From Antedon mediterranea (Eukaryota > Animalia > Echinodermata), in contig NC_092680.1 of assembly GCF_964355755.1 (NCBI RefSeq), positions 16,935,045 to 16,999,044 on the forward strand: 64,000 nt of DNA. The letters run 5' to 3'. Shown one piece after another: positions 12,201 through 24,800 of this stretch (position 1 is the stretch's first letter; each line of letters starts with the position of its first letter). Below the pieces are notes generated by a model. It was not told the origin of the DNA. It searched no databases and saw only the letters and a list, made by a program, of their open reading frames with translations. A program made the translations under genes and the position numbers.

Positions 12201-15200
12201 CGTCATTTGAACGCGTATTATTACTATTGTTTATTATAATGACATGATGCACAGACGATTACTATTTTACTACTTGAATAAAGTTTCTAAGTATAATGTA
12301 AATTGATAGTATAATGGTCCTGTGCATAGGCCTATGTGGTAACATACACCTTTTCGTGAAGCAGCACACAGATCACAATCGACATGGATTGAATCACATG
12401 AATTACTACAACGACAAACTGGGTATGCAATTGTTTGAATAATAACAGAAGGAATTCATACTTGTGGGTTTGCAACAAAATTTAGATGGATGGATGAATC
12501 TTCTTCGATTTATGCTGTACAAACACCTCAAATTCATAAGATTTCCCCGTACCTCTTGTCTGATACATGACATGGAGATACAAATTACAGGGAGGGGAGA
12601 TGTCTAATAATAATTCTATATTAAATTTACTTCGAAATTATGTTCCTTTATCTGTCTTTTTGCATCCAAATAAGATATGAATTACATCATTGTTTGCCGG
12701 TTAGTCATAATTTATTATTTATTTCACCATTACTGATCATCGATTACAAATCCTCACGAAGGACTAACGCATTATGCTAGTGTTTTGTGGCAAAGCTCTA
12801 CCTTTTCTTGAGTTTTGATTATGTGGTTATTTACTTGTTTTAGGCCTCACATAATACAGTACAGAAACACTCACACACAACACAACGTGTTTAAAATTAT
12901 CACATTATAAACTCATTTAGTTAATGGCTTAATTAACTTTCAGCATGCCCGTAGTCACTATCGCACCCCACCCATCATCTAGTTCCGTTTACTATGTAGG
13001 AGTTCAGGGTCGTAATGGTGTGGTGCATGGTTAACATTCAAAAGATCATGATAAAATGTACAGTATTTTTTAGCTGATGTGTGAGCTTTACAAATATTAT
13101 TATGATAAAATACTTCTTTTGTAGATCATAGTGAGGAAGACGATAAAGAAAAACGGCAACTAAGTCCAGGTAAATTTAAAAAAAAAGAAGATACACTAAT
13201 GAAAATTGTTTTTATCTTAAACATAATATTTCAAAATGTTGTATTCTTTTTAATGTTTTTGCAATTTTATTGATGTGTGACTTGGTGACTAAATATAAAA
13301 TTCAATCCAAACAGTGCATTTCTTTTTTAAACATTTTACATAAACTGTTCATATTATATACGGTAACTATAAAAATAAATAATTATAATATTAATAAGAA
13401 TAAAGACTATAATTTTCTTTGAATTTAAGTTGACCAGTGCTCATTTCTAATATTTTTAATTGAAAAACTGATGTTTTTATGCTAATTAACTTTTCTTTTG
13501 TATTGTAACCAATAAAAGTTCAATTTCTGCTTTTTAGATGACAAAATTAGGAAGTATCTCTGTGATCAGCAAGTGAACACTTGCAGCAAAGCCAATCGGT
13601 TTCAACCAGCAATTATGCATTCACGATATAGAGTAGACATTGCACACATGTTTACTGATCTTAACCTAATGAAAGAAAACCAAAACAAGATTACAGATCC
13701 AAAACCAGTAGGTTTAGATGAAGTTTTAGCGATTGTCAAGAAAACACCTGCATGTAAACTGCTCATTGAAGGCGAAGGTGGAATTGGAAAGACAACTTTA
13801 CTTAGATATTTCTCTTACAGATGGGCTAACAAAATAGATAAAACATTTGAAGGTAAAATAGTATTTCTTGTCAATATTAGAGACATAGAGAAAAGCAAAG
13901 GTGTTCTAGATTTAATTGTAAAAGAAATCAATTTGAAGAATTTCAATTTAATAACTGATCTTCCAGCAGAAAATCCCAGGTTAATTGAAAAATTTATTAC
14001 AAATCATGATAATGAGATTGTATTATTATTGGATGGATTAGATGAATTACAATCTGGAGTTGATAATCCAAAAAATCTGTTCACAGGAAGAGAACTAAAA
14101 AATTGCAAAGTGATACTCGCATCACGACCAGAACACATTGATGAATTTATTCATGAAAGCAATGTTGTGCATGTAAAAGTAAAAGGGTTTAATTCTGAAA
14201 TCATAGAGAAATACATAAAGAAATACTTTGAATATTTTAAAGTACCTAAATTAGGAGAGTCTCTTATCAATGAGCTTGAGCTTGTTGAACCATTCAAAGG
14301 AGGCAAACATCGGGATGTATATTCAATGTGTAAGAATCCTATGTTACTTTTGATGATTTGCATTATGTGGCAAGAAAAACAAAATCTGCCAACTGATAAA
14401 TCCGTTTTATTTGAAGAAGTATTTCGAAGTATTTTAAATCAGTATAATAAAGAAAAGAAAGATGAAAAAATAGATGCATTTAAAGATACACCAAAACCAA
14501 TAATTGATGCCATGCTTGTGATAGGAAGAGGACTGTATGAAAGCCTCAAAATCAACCAGCTCTATATCGAAAGAAAAAACCTAAGGGGAAACAAAGACAT
14601 GGTGACATTAGCCCTAAAATTAGGGTTTGTGTATAAAGACGAACCACATTCAAAGTCTAGTTTTAAAGAAATATTTACAGCTCCTCACAAATTATTAGTA
14701 GAGGCACTGGTAGGATTTTATCTCTCCAAATCAAGTCATCAGTTAGGCGAGGAAGAATGGGATAATATAAGAGAAAATAATAATTTGAATGTAGCAAGGG
14801 AGTTTGCAATTGGCTTTCTAGGTTCTAGGGCTGATACATTCCTAAATCATTGGATAACAAATAGTGTAACACATTATCACAATTTAATCAATCTCTTTAG
14901 ATTTGTGAAAATGGAGCACATAATTAAAGTAGAGAATGCGCTTAATGACTGTTTGTGGAACTCAAATTTATCAATAAAGCCACGTATAAATGAAATATGT
15001 ACATCATTAAAGAAATGCCTTCATCATATACATCATAAAGACAAAGATGCCAATGTTATGAAACTTTTAAGAGTTATAAATGGCCTAGGTACTAAAATAC
15101 TTATTGAATGTATTTGTAATGAAAAGTTGTCTAAAGAAAAGGGCATTATGCTTGCTCACATTCTGATTGCTGTACCAAAACAGAATGAATTGTTGCGGGA

Positions 15201-18200
15201 AATTTCAATATGGGATGAAGATGTTATTGAACATCTAAATTCTGAGTGTCGGAAACTAAATTTTAATTATGATGTGACAGAGTATAGTATGCACGATCGT
15301 TCATTAACTTCTTCATTTCTAGTTCACTTGTTTTGTAATTCACCAAAACTAACTACACTCAATATCATAGGTAGTGAATTAGATGTTGTACTTGATACTG
15401 TGATAGACAATTTAACAAGACAAAGAGTAAGATTAGAATTACAAATGATTATGGATTTTAGTACTAGTACTCTAACCAAAATTAGTGGATGCTCACTTGC
15501 TTCATTATTTGCTATTACTCCTAAACTGGAAGCATTAACACTCAGTAGTTGCAGTCTATCAGGGGTTATTATCAATGATATGATCAAAGAGTGTATTGAA
15601 AGAGGAGTAAATATGGAATGTATGAGATACCTTGATATTAGTGAGAATGATCTAAGTCAAATGAGTGGATGTTCACTTGCTTTATTATTTGCTATTACTC
15701 CTAAACTGAAAACATTAACACTCAGTAATTGCAGTCTATCAGGTGTTATTATCAATGATATGATCAAAGAGTGTATTGAAAGAGGAGTAAAGATGGAATG
15801 CATGGAATACCTTGATATCTATGGTAATGATCTAAGCAAAATTAGTGGATGTTCACTTGCTTTATTATTTGCTATTACTCCTAAGCTGAAAAATTTACAC
15901 CTCCAGCATTGCAGTCTATCAGGTGTTATTATCAATGATATGATCAAAGAGTGTATTGAAAGAGGAGTAAATATGGAATGTATGAGAACCCTTGATATTA
16001 GTGAGAATGATCTAAGTAAAATGAGTGGATGTTCACTTGCTTTATTATTTGCTATTACTCCTAAACTGAAAACATTAAATCTCAGTGATTGCAGTCTATC
16101 AGGTGTTATTATCAATGATATGATCAAAGAGTGTATTAAAAGAGGAGTAAAGATGGAATGCATGGAATACCTTGGTATCTATGGTAATGATCTAAGCAAA
16201 ATTAGTGGATGTTCACTTGCTTTATTATTTGCTATTACTCCTAAGCTGGAAAATTTACACCTCCAGGATTGCAGTCTATCAGGTGTTATTATCAATGATA
16301 TGATCAAAGAGTGTATTAAAAGAGGAGTAAAGATGGAATGTATGGATTACCTTAATATGGATGATAATGATCTAAGCAAAATGAATGGATGTTCACTTGC
16401 TTTATTATTTGCTATTACTCCTAAACTGGAAATATTAACACTCAGTAGTTGCAGTCTATCAGGGGTTATTATCAATGATATGATCAAAGAGTGTATTGAA
16501 AGAGGAGTAAATATGGAATGTATGAGATACCTTGATATTAGTGAGAATGATCTAAGTCAAATGAGTGGATGTTCACTTGCTTTATTATTTGCTATTACTC
16601 CTAAACTGGAAACATTAACACTCAGGAATTGCAGTCTATCAGGTGTTATTATCAATGATATGATCAAAGAGTGTATTGAAAGAGGAGTAAATATGGAATG
16701 TATGAGAACCCTTGATATTAGTGAGAATGATCTAAGTCAAATGAGTGGATGTTCATTTGCTTTATTATTTGCTATTACTCCTAAACTGGAAACATTAACA
16801 CTCAGGAATTGCAGTCTATCAGGTGTTATTATCAATGATATGATCAAAGAGTGTATTGAAAGAGGAGTAAATATGGAATGTATGAGAACCCTTGATATTA
16901 GTGAGAATGATCTCGGTAAAATGAGTGGATGTTCACTTGCTTTATTATTTGCTATTACTCCTAAACTGAAAACATTAAATCTCAGTGATTGCAGTCTATC
17001 AGGTGTTATTATCAATGATACGATCAAAGAGTGTATTCAAAGAGGAGTAAATATGGAGTGTATGGAATGCCTTGGTATGGATGATAATGATCTAAGTAAA
17101 ATGAGTGGATGTTCACTTACTTCATTATTTGCTATTACTCCTAAACTGAAAACATTAAATCTCAGTGATTGCAGTCTACCAGGTGTTATTATCAATGATA
17201 TGATCAAAGAGTGTATTAAAAGAGGAGTAAATATGGAATGTATGAGAACCCTTGATATTAGTGAGAATGATCTAAGTCAAATGAGTGGATGTTCATTTGC
17301 TTTATTATTTGCTATTACTCCTAAACTGGAAACATTAACACTCAGGAATTGCAGTCTATCAGGTGTTATTATCAATGATATGATCAAAGAGTGTATTGAA
17401 AGAGGAGTAAATATGGAATGTATGAGAACCCTTGATATTAGTGAGAATGATCTAAGTCAAATGAGTGGATGTTCATTTGCTTTATTATTTGCTATTACTC
17501 CTAAACTGGAAACATTAACACTCAGGAATTGCAGTCTATCAGGTGTTATTATCAATGATATGATCAAAGAGTGTATTGAAAGAGGAGTAAATATGGAATG
17601 TATGAGAACCCTTGATATTAGTGAGAATGATCTCGGTAAAATGAGTGGATGTTCACTTGCTTTATTATTTGCTATTACTCCTAAACTGAAAACATTAAAT
17701 CTCAGTGATTGCAGTCTATCAGGTGTTATTATCAATGATACGATCAAAGAGTGTATTCAAAGAGGAGTAAATATGGAGTGTATGGAATGCCTTGGTATGG
17801 ATGATAATGATCTAAGTAAAATGAGTGGATGTTCACTTACTTCATTATTGGTTATCCGCACTTGGCGGATAACCCCTTGTTATTGTCAGGACCTTTTTTT
17901 TTTTTTTCTTATTTTTTTTCTTTTTTTTCTTTTTTCTTCTTTCTTTCCCAGAATTTTGTTGCGCATGTATCTCTAAATCTTCTCAACATAACATTGTATA
18001 ACTTTGTCATAAGATTGACCTATAGCTGTAGATGTGCAGCGAAGCTTTTCGACGATTTCGGAGTTGCGCAACGTAAGTTACGCGCGATTTTATGAATTTC
18101 AATGATTGATCATAGATTAAAAACTAAAAGTCATTTTGTATTGAAACTTGGTGAAAATTTAAGTCATAACATGCTAAAACTTTCTATGGATTAAAAATGG

Positions 18201-19278
18201 CATGTTTGACAGAAAGTTACGCGCGCACGCGCGTTCAAAATTTCAAAATGCGTAAAATCAATTTCTAATCAACTTTCTACGCGTTTCAGGTCATTTTAAG
18301 CATTAAAAAAATTCCCACGCGTGCGCAATTTTTTTACGCGCGCGTGCGCAATTAGCGCAAAAACATCTTTTTTTTGCTTGATTTTTGTTTTTTCAGCCTT
18401 TTCTAGTAATTCTACCAATTTTTAATCAATTTCGACATAAAATCACGTCATACGAGCACGTAGAATTGAACAATTTGCGCGCGTTTTTGAAGAAAAAGTT
18501 CAAAAATTCCTCAAAATTATGCCTTTTTTAAAACAGTCATAGATTGTACACTACAAAGTGAACTTTTTTTAAATTACACATTCTGGAAGTTGATGAGTTG
18601 TAGATATAGAATCATGCATCGATATGGCTAACCGGACATTGTGACGTCATCATTTGGCCACTCGAATATGAAATATAGGATTTTTGTCTCTTTCGTCATA
18701 GCTCGTCACATTTAATAGAGCGCATCTCCACTTATCCGTATTCCATTTCCCTCAATTTTGTTATATTGTCTAGGCCAATCAATTATCTTTCGCATAATCT
18801 ACCATTTTTTAAATTATGATGACGTCATCATGTCCAAAAGCGTCAATAACTTTGGTCCCTTATTTTCACCTATTCTGCACTGTATGTAGTACGTATACAG
18901 AATATAGTGTATACCGTATATACTTTGACGTGACACAAAATAGAGAGCGCACTAACATTTTTTTCAATAGCATAATCGTTTTTCTGCGCGCAATATTCTA
19001 ACGTACGATGTGCACGTGGCTTTTGCGCTGCGGATAACCTAACTCGTCCGTAGTGACGAGTTCAAATCTAGTTTGCTATTACTCCTAAACTGAAAACATT
19101 AAATCTCAGTGATTGCAGTCTACCAGGTGTTATTATCAATGATATGATCAAAGAGTGTATTAAAAAAAGAGTAAAGATGGAATGTATGAGATACCTTGAC
19201 ATCGGAAGTAATGGTATTAATCGTAATCAATTACTTTCTTTAAAGGATGTCTTTTCAAATGCCACTGTAGTGGATTAA
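9226..19278 (+). CDS. NLR immune receptor: acidic N-terminus, tandem death-effector domains, NACHT, LRR array
   Basis: In-frame GT-AG exons 9226-9244 (ATG), 9826-10020, 10428-10490, 10921-11454, 11635-11691, 13125-13169, 13538-17847/17850, then 19072-19278 (TAA) after an insertion. Walker A GEGGIGKTT, Walker B LLLDGLDE, sensor-1 ILASRP, CKNPMLL, LxxLxLxxC/NxL repeats. Confidence 0.9.
10921..11454 (+). CDS. NLR exon encoding tandem DED-like domains
   Basis: FRQLIVDFAQ...DLLSHLVASGELS and YRIKLVNLGKVLTKENIATL...LILDLELQGKLS resemble caspase-8/cFLIP DED1 and DED2; bounded by AG/GT. Confidence 0.7.
13538..17847 (+). CDS. NLR large exon: NACHT, HD/WHD and LRRs
   Basis: ORF 13573..17976 with NACHT motifs; acceptor at 13536-13537 keeps the frame. 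Confidence 0.95.
15481..17847 (+). repeat. Coding tandem repeat: 13 complete 180-bp units (60 aa = 28+32 aa LRR pair) plus a 14th interrupted unit
   Basis: atg/att agtggatg recurs every 180 bp from 15481 to 17821. Confidence 0.97.
17848..19071 (+). mobile_element. Non-autonomous Helitron/Helentron-type element (HINE/DINE-1-like) inserted in LRR unit 14
   Basis: Inserted between A and T (ttcatta|tttgct) without TSD; subterminal IR GGTTATCCGCA (17850-17860) / TGCGGATAACC (19029-19039); 5' stem-loop; T-rich tract; 3' hairpin AACTCGTC/GACGAGTT; ends CTAG. Confidence 0.85.
19072..19278 (+). CDS. Original NLR C-terminus (rest of LRR unit 14 plus cap)
   Basis: Open 69 codons: FAITPKLKTLNLSDCSLPGVIINDMIKECIKKRVKMECMRYLDIGSNGINRNQLLSLKDVFSNATVVD*. 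Confidence 0.9.
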   Translation, partial: FAITPKLKTLNLSDCSLPGVIINDMIKECIKKRVKMECMRYLDIGSNGINRNQLLSLKDVFSNATVVD

Positions 19279-19808
19279 CTTTCCGAATTATTTTAGAGAA
19301 GGTTTAATTCAACTCATAAGATTTATGGCAATTGCAACTTTTTTTAATTAAGGCTTTTCAGATCTTAAATTACCTTTCCTTTCAGATAGGATAATACAGT
19401 AGTTAAATGACATTACAATTCCAAAATCAATAATTAAATAGTTTTTTTCTAATTACAATTCTTTTTTTAAATAATCTAATTTAATATTTGGTTATTGTCC
19501 ATTATAATATGTATGTTAATTTGGTGGTTTTTAATATTATTATTATTATTACAGTATTACTTTTAAACTATATTACTTTTACTAAAATTACTTTTACTAT
19601 TACAATTGTTGTAGGGTGAGCCATTGATCACAGTAGTAATACTGTACATTGTCAAATTCAAGTATATTGTTAATACTGCACCATTATGTGTTATGGCAGT
19701 ATGTCTGTATATCTGTTCATTTTTGTTTGGGTGATTTTTTTACAGAAGTATTTGCTAAAACTATTCATAATCAATGGGTTAATCAATGTACCGTATCACT
19801 GCTGTACA

Positions 19809-20269
19809 TACGAATACGATAACGAAAACGGATACGTCACACATTTGTGAAACTTTTGAGCTGATATAATATATTCGTATTCGTGTTGACGAATATCACC
19901 AGTCGTATTCGTAACTACAAAACGAGTATAGTTTTGAGCTATTTTGCACATTTTGCATTTCAATCAGGAATGATTCATGATTATAAAATAATTATACTTT
20001 TATTGAAAGTAATTTACTAAAGTAATTTACTAAAATGTCAGGTCAATTTTGATAAATAGCAGTTTTTGAAGTCCTCACTCGCTTTGATGTTACGCTAGGC
20101 CTAGGCAGCCAAGCACCAAGCAACACGTACCCCCGCTTCGCTCAAATTTACCGCAGTCATATTTTGGACGAGCCCTCAATATTTCGTTGCCATGCGAAAC
20201 AGATTTTTACTGGCTTACGAAAAACGAATACGTGTGCGTGACGTATCCGTTTTCGTTATCGTATTCGTA
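19809..20269. mobile_element. MITE
   Basis: 32-bp perfect inverted repeat TACGAATACGATAACGAAAACGGATACGTCAC at 19809-19840 and 20238-20269; true termini and TSD unclear. Confidence 0.7.
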
Positions 20270-21872
20270 AGATTGCAAAACCTCTCTAATAACAGTTCTG
20301 GATTACTATTAGGCTACATTGTAATTGTTCTTTCTCAATGTATATGTTTATTTAGTTTTAGTATGAATGTTGATTAGCAAATGATTGAATAAACATAATA
20401 TGTATCGAGATCGCTGTACAATATAATCTATGGGTGAGATATAAATACTGCATCTTAAAATCACAAATATTTGATATTATTGATTGTAAATGATTTAATA
20501 ACATGTATCGAGATCGCTGTACAATTGTATGTACAGTGATTTAAATGCTGCATTTTAAAATCAGTGTTACATTAAATGATTATACATACAGATTATAGAA
20601 TTCAAGTGTTATTGATTGATTTTAATTTTTGCCCGATGGACAATCAATCTCCACAAAATGTTGTTGAATAATTATACTGTATATAAAAAAGAAACCACGT
20701 TTTATTTTTAAATGTTGTTTGCATTTTATAACTGACTGACGGGTTTATAACGAAATTCAAATGATATTGATCAAAAAATAAAATCAAAGAAAATGCATAT
20801 TGTTTAATATTACGAAGATGATTAGGCCCATCATGATGATGATTGTGGGGAAAAGGATTGATTATACGATGATGATTGGGATTTATGTGACAATTACGTG
20901 ATGGTGTTAATAATCATAACGACTATAATAAAACGTTGGTGATGATGATGATCAACGATTATGATGATGATGGCGATGCTGATTCCAGAGAGACAAAATA
21001 ATAATATCTGAGTGACGTGAGCTACTTATGTAGGCTATAGGTTTTATGTCGTCACGGTCCTGCATTTAAATGTTAAACAATTGTAGGTTTTATATAGTAC
21101 TGTACATCCATTGTATTGTAATTCAAAACCTTATCACATTTGTGTATGCAAAAAAAATAAATAAATATTGATGCTGATAATAAAGCTTGTGTCGACTTCT
21201 GATCTGATGAGACACAGTAGTACTTTAAAATGTTATATAGAGGGCGCTAAATTAAATTAAATAGAGCTGCTGTGTACTGCATGCTGTTCATTGGCTGGCC
21301 GGTTGGTTGTAGCAAAGTGTGATATTATATTCTTTGATTGTAGGCCTAGCTAGGAGTAGATGTTCGCCTGACGGTGTCTGCAAGGTTTACATTCTAGGCC
21401 TAGCCTAGAATATAAAACTATCGATTTCATTCGTAGACGATGACCCATGAGTATGTTGAATGAAGTATTAGCTAGGCCTAGTTAGTAGGCCTATAAATAT
21501 ATTATTAGCCTAGCTAGCTACCTACCAGGCCTAGCTAGTAGGGCTAGCCTAGGGCCTCTTGTTGGCTAGTAGGCTAGGCCTACTAGCTAGGCCTAGCCTA
21601 GTATTATATAGGCCTAGTCGGCCCTAGAGGCCTAGGCCTAGTATAGGCCTGGTACACCGTACGGCCTATCATGGCCTAGTATGGCCATAAATTAGAAAGC
21701 AAAAAATACAGGGCTTCCACTTTTATGCCTATCTATGTTTATTTTGTGTTCAACAAGATCAAGAATGTCCTTGTGCAATTTCAAATTGCGTTGGAATTGC
21801 GTATAGCATTTACACAACCTTCAATTTACTGTTTGGATTGTTTATCCATGAAACTATTTTTCTATTATAGAT

Positions 21873-24800
21873 ATGGAGGAGTATGACCAGAGACATACTA
21901 AATGCCGACAATCTAGTCAACAAAATCAACAAGCTTGGCAACACAAACAGCAGCCCAATGTACAAAATCAATGGACAAGGCAAGAAAATCATCATGTTAG
22001 CCAGTCGAACCAACAACTTCATCAACATCAAAACCAGTTTGAGCAAACCTACCAAATAAACAAACCTCAGCAATATACAAATCAATCTCAGCCACCGCCA
22101 TTTGTACCTTCAAGTCATAATTACAGACCACATTTTTCAGCACAACCTGTAAACGCCTCACCAAATCAACCATCATACCCACCAGCATCTTTCACTCCAT
22201 CAAATCAACCTCAGAAACGTAAGACTCTACATGCTCCAAAAACTCAGTCACCATATGTCCTACAAAACCCAATAGCTAATTACCATCAACCACCAATTAA
22301 TTCTTTTCAAAATGTTGGAAAATGTTCAAATAATGCATCATTTAGTTCATTTGGCAATGGAGCTGGGCCCCCACCTTCATGGCCACATCCTCCTTTATCT
22401 AATACCAGCCAAGTTCCAACAAACCATTTTGAGAACCCAGAAGCTGGTAACCACAGTACTAATTTGAAACCATCACCAATACAAAATGAAAATCAATTTG
22501 AAAGTGGTCAACAGAGCCAACCATTTATCCCATCATCAATGAGGCAAAGCTCTTTCCAACAACCTGAGCTAGGAATATGCAGCAAGAACTACCCACCTCA
22601 GTTGCAAACACCAGGTCAACGCAGCCACAGAGACTGGCTGCAAAATGCTCAAAATGTTAATTATCCTTGGCCTAGTGGTATGCTTCCATCAATCCCTCCA
22701 CCACCAAATACAGTAGTGACAGAAAAAGCGAAAGACCAGAACTGGATTGATAATTTTGCATCGAAAAGAACTCATGTGGAACAACCAACAAATAAAACGT
22801 CAAATCATGGACAAATTAAAGTAAGTGAAGCTGATTTAGGACTGAACCCTAGCAAGTCAAATGGTCGAGCAGTTAGGGCAGGGGCATTGTTTACCGTACC
22901 TAGTGAGTCAACAATATTGGCATGGGTTTGAGGCCAACTCGCTCCTATTTCTAGTGGTGGAAGTCAGTGTCTGGTCCAGTGTACACAGTTATAACCCGGT
23001 AAACTTTAAAGAATCCAGATCATCATTCGAGACGAGTAGGGGGCTACCCCGGTGAACTGGTTCACAAAATAGCCCCTGTCCACCTATCTGATAGGACAGT
23101 AATTAATTTACTATTAGTAATCCTTGGCCACATGTGCCTAAAGACATAACATTTTAAAAAATAAATCAAACTATGAATTAGGATGTGAATGTCAAATGTG
23201 CTTACAAATATACATTTTAAGTTGATTTACTCTTATTTTGACAGATTCCACAAGCTAAAGGTATGATCAAGAATTACAAGCAGCTTCTGGATGATTTAAA
23301 ACTTCAGCGAGATTTACTGGTTGAGAATCTTGACATAGATACAGAGAGTTGGCAACTTGCTCTTCAACAAGTTGCAGAAATCAAGGTACTAAACAAATTG
23401 CTGCTGTTAACAACATGCAACCATGCATGACACAAGGCTGTTTACTTATCGCATTCCGTAATCAACCTGCGATGTACGCCATCTATAATTGTTCTACTCC
23501 GTATCCAAAATTGGAGTGGTGCTTTTTTTATTGGTTTAAGCCTCGGCCTCTTGGTAAATGTAGGTGTGGTATATAACAAATAATGAATGTTTTATATTTT
23601 GTGCAACGTTGCACTCATAAACATATATGTGTATTTACAAATTAATTACAAATTAATTTTCCACGACCAGAAATTAATTTTAAGTTAAAAACTCTGACAA
23701 TGTAATTTCTTAAAATTTAATATCAAATTAACTATCAATATCTGTACTATTGTTAGTAAAAATTCATTATTGAAAACAATTTAATTATTATATATTATGA
23801 TTCAAATTTTTATGTGATAAATGAGGAAAATGTATTTTGGTTATTAAATGTATTATAATGATGATGTTTAATTCCTTTATACACTTTATAGAGTAAATTG
23901 AAAGAAGTTTCTGTTGTGTTGTCTAATCCAGAATTTATATGTAAACTGACCGAAAAACTAAAGTTACGGAAGAAAAAGACAGTAAGTTGATAATTTAAGT
24001 CTTCCACACTATTTAGTACAGTATTAAGCTTTAAAAAAAATATTTTTATTTGTTTTTTTTTGCTTTATAATCTATATTTAAATATAAAATAAGATTGCAT
24101 TATTAGTAATTTTGGGAATAATCCCACCCTTCCGTTGTGGGCTTATAACAGAGTTGGTGAGAAAGACATTACAATTTTTTTTAAGCAAAACTTAAAGAGG
24201 CGACGACAAATGAAATTTGAAGATCAACAAGAGTACCTGAAAAATATTGAGGAAGTTAATAAGAAAATTGATGCAAACATTGTGAAAGCAGAGAAAGAGA
24301 GATTGGAAAAAGTAAAGGTATGTCAGTAACATTTAAGTGGTTTTGCTGTAAAGCCCAAATATTGTAGTGATATGACATTGTGTCCATGTATGGGCACATC
24401 ACATTTTTTGTCGCATAAAGTTTGATAGTGTAGACAGAGCTTAAGGAGTGACACTGTCAAAATACATATCGTCTCTTATTTTTATTTATAAATTTTGTAG
24501 TTAACAATGTATATACGAGTAGCCCATTTTGAAAAAGATTTATCCCATTTAGGAGTCAGTTCACATGATCGTGTAATTAAGGCTGTATCTTTGTACAGAA
24601 TATATAAAGCCATGATCTCGGTAAAACCACTCTGGCTAAAAGTCCAATCCGAACGTGTGACTAGTGTAAACTCCAGGAGTTCTTGACCTCTTGACCTTCA
24701 CTATTATGCACTTCAATTGTTTTTGATGTCAATTGTCGTATTCGAGTGGACCGTTGAGTAGTTTTTCCGTTGAGTACTTCTTTAACGGAGTATTTTGAGC

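Noticed and set aside
15324-17747. Minus-strand ORFs over the LRR array
   Set aside because: Shadow frames of the 180-bp coding repeat.
22821-22931. End of the 352-aa ORF as a real C-terminus
   Set aside because: GTAAGT donor at 22821 splices in frame to downstream PDCD7 exons; the rest is intron read-through.
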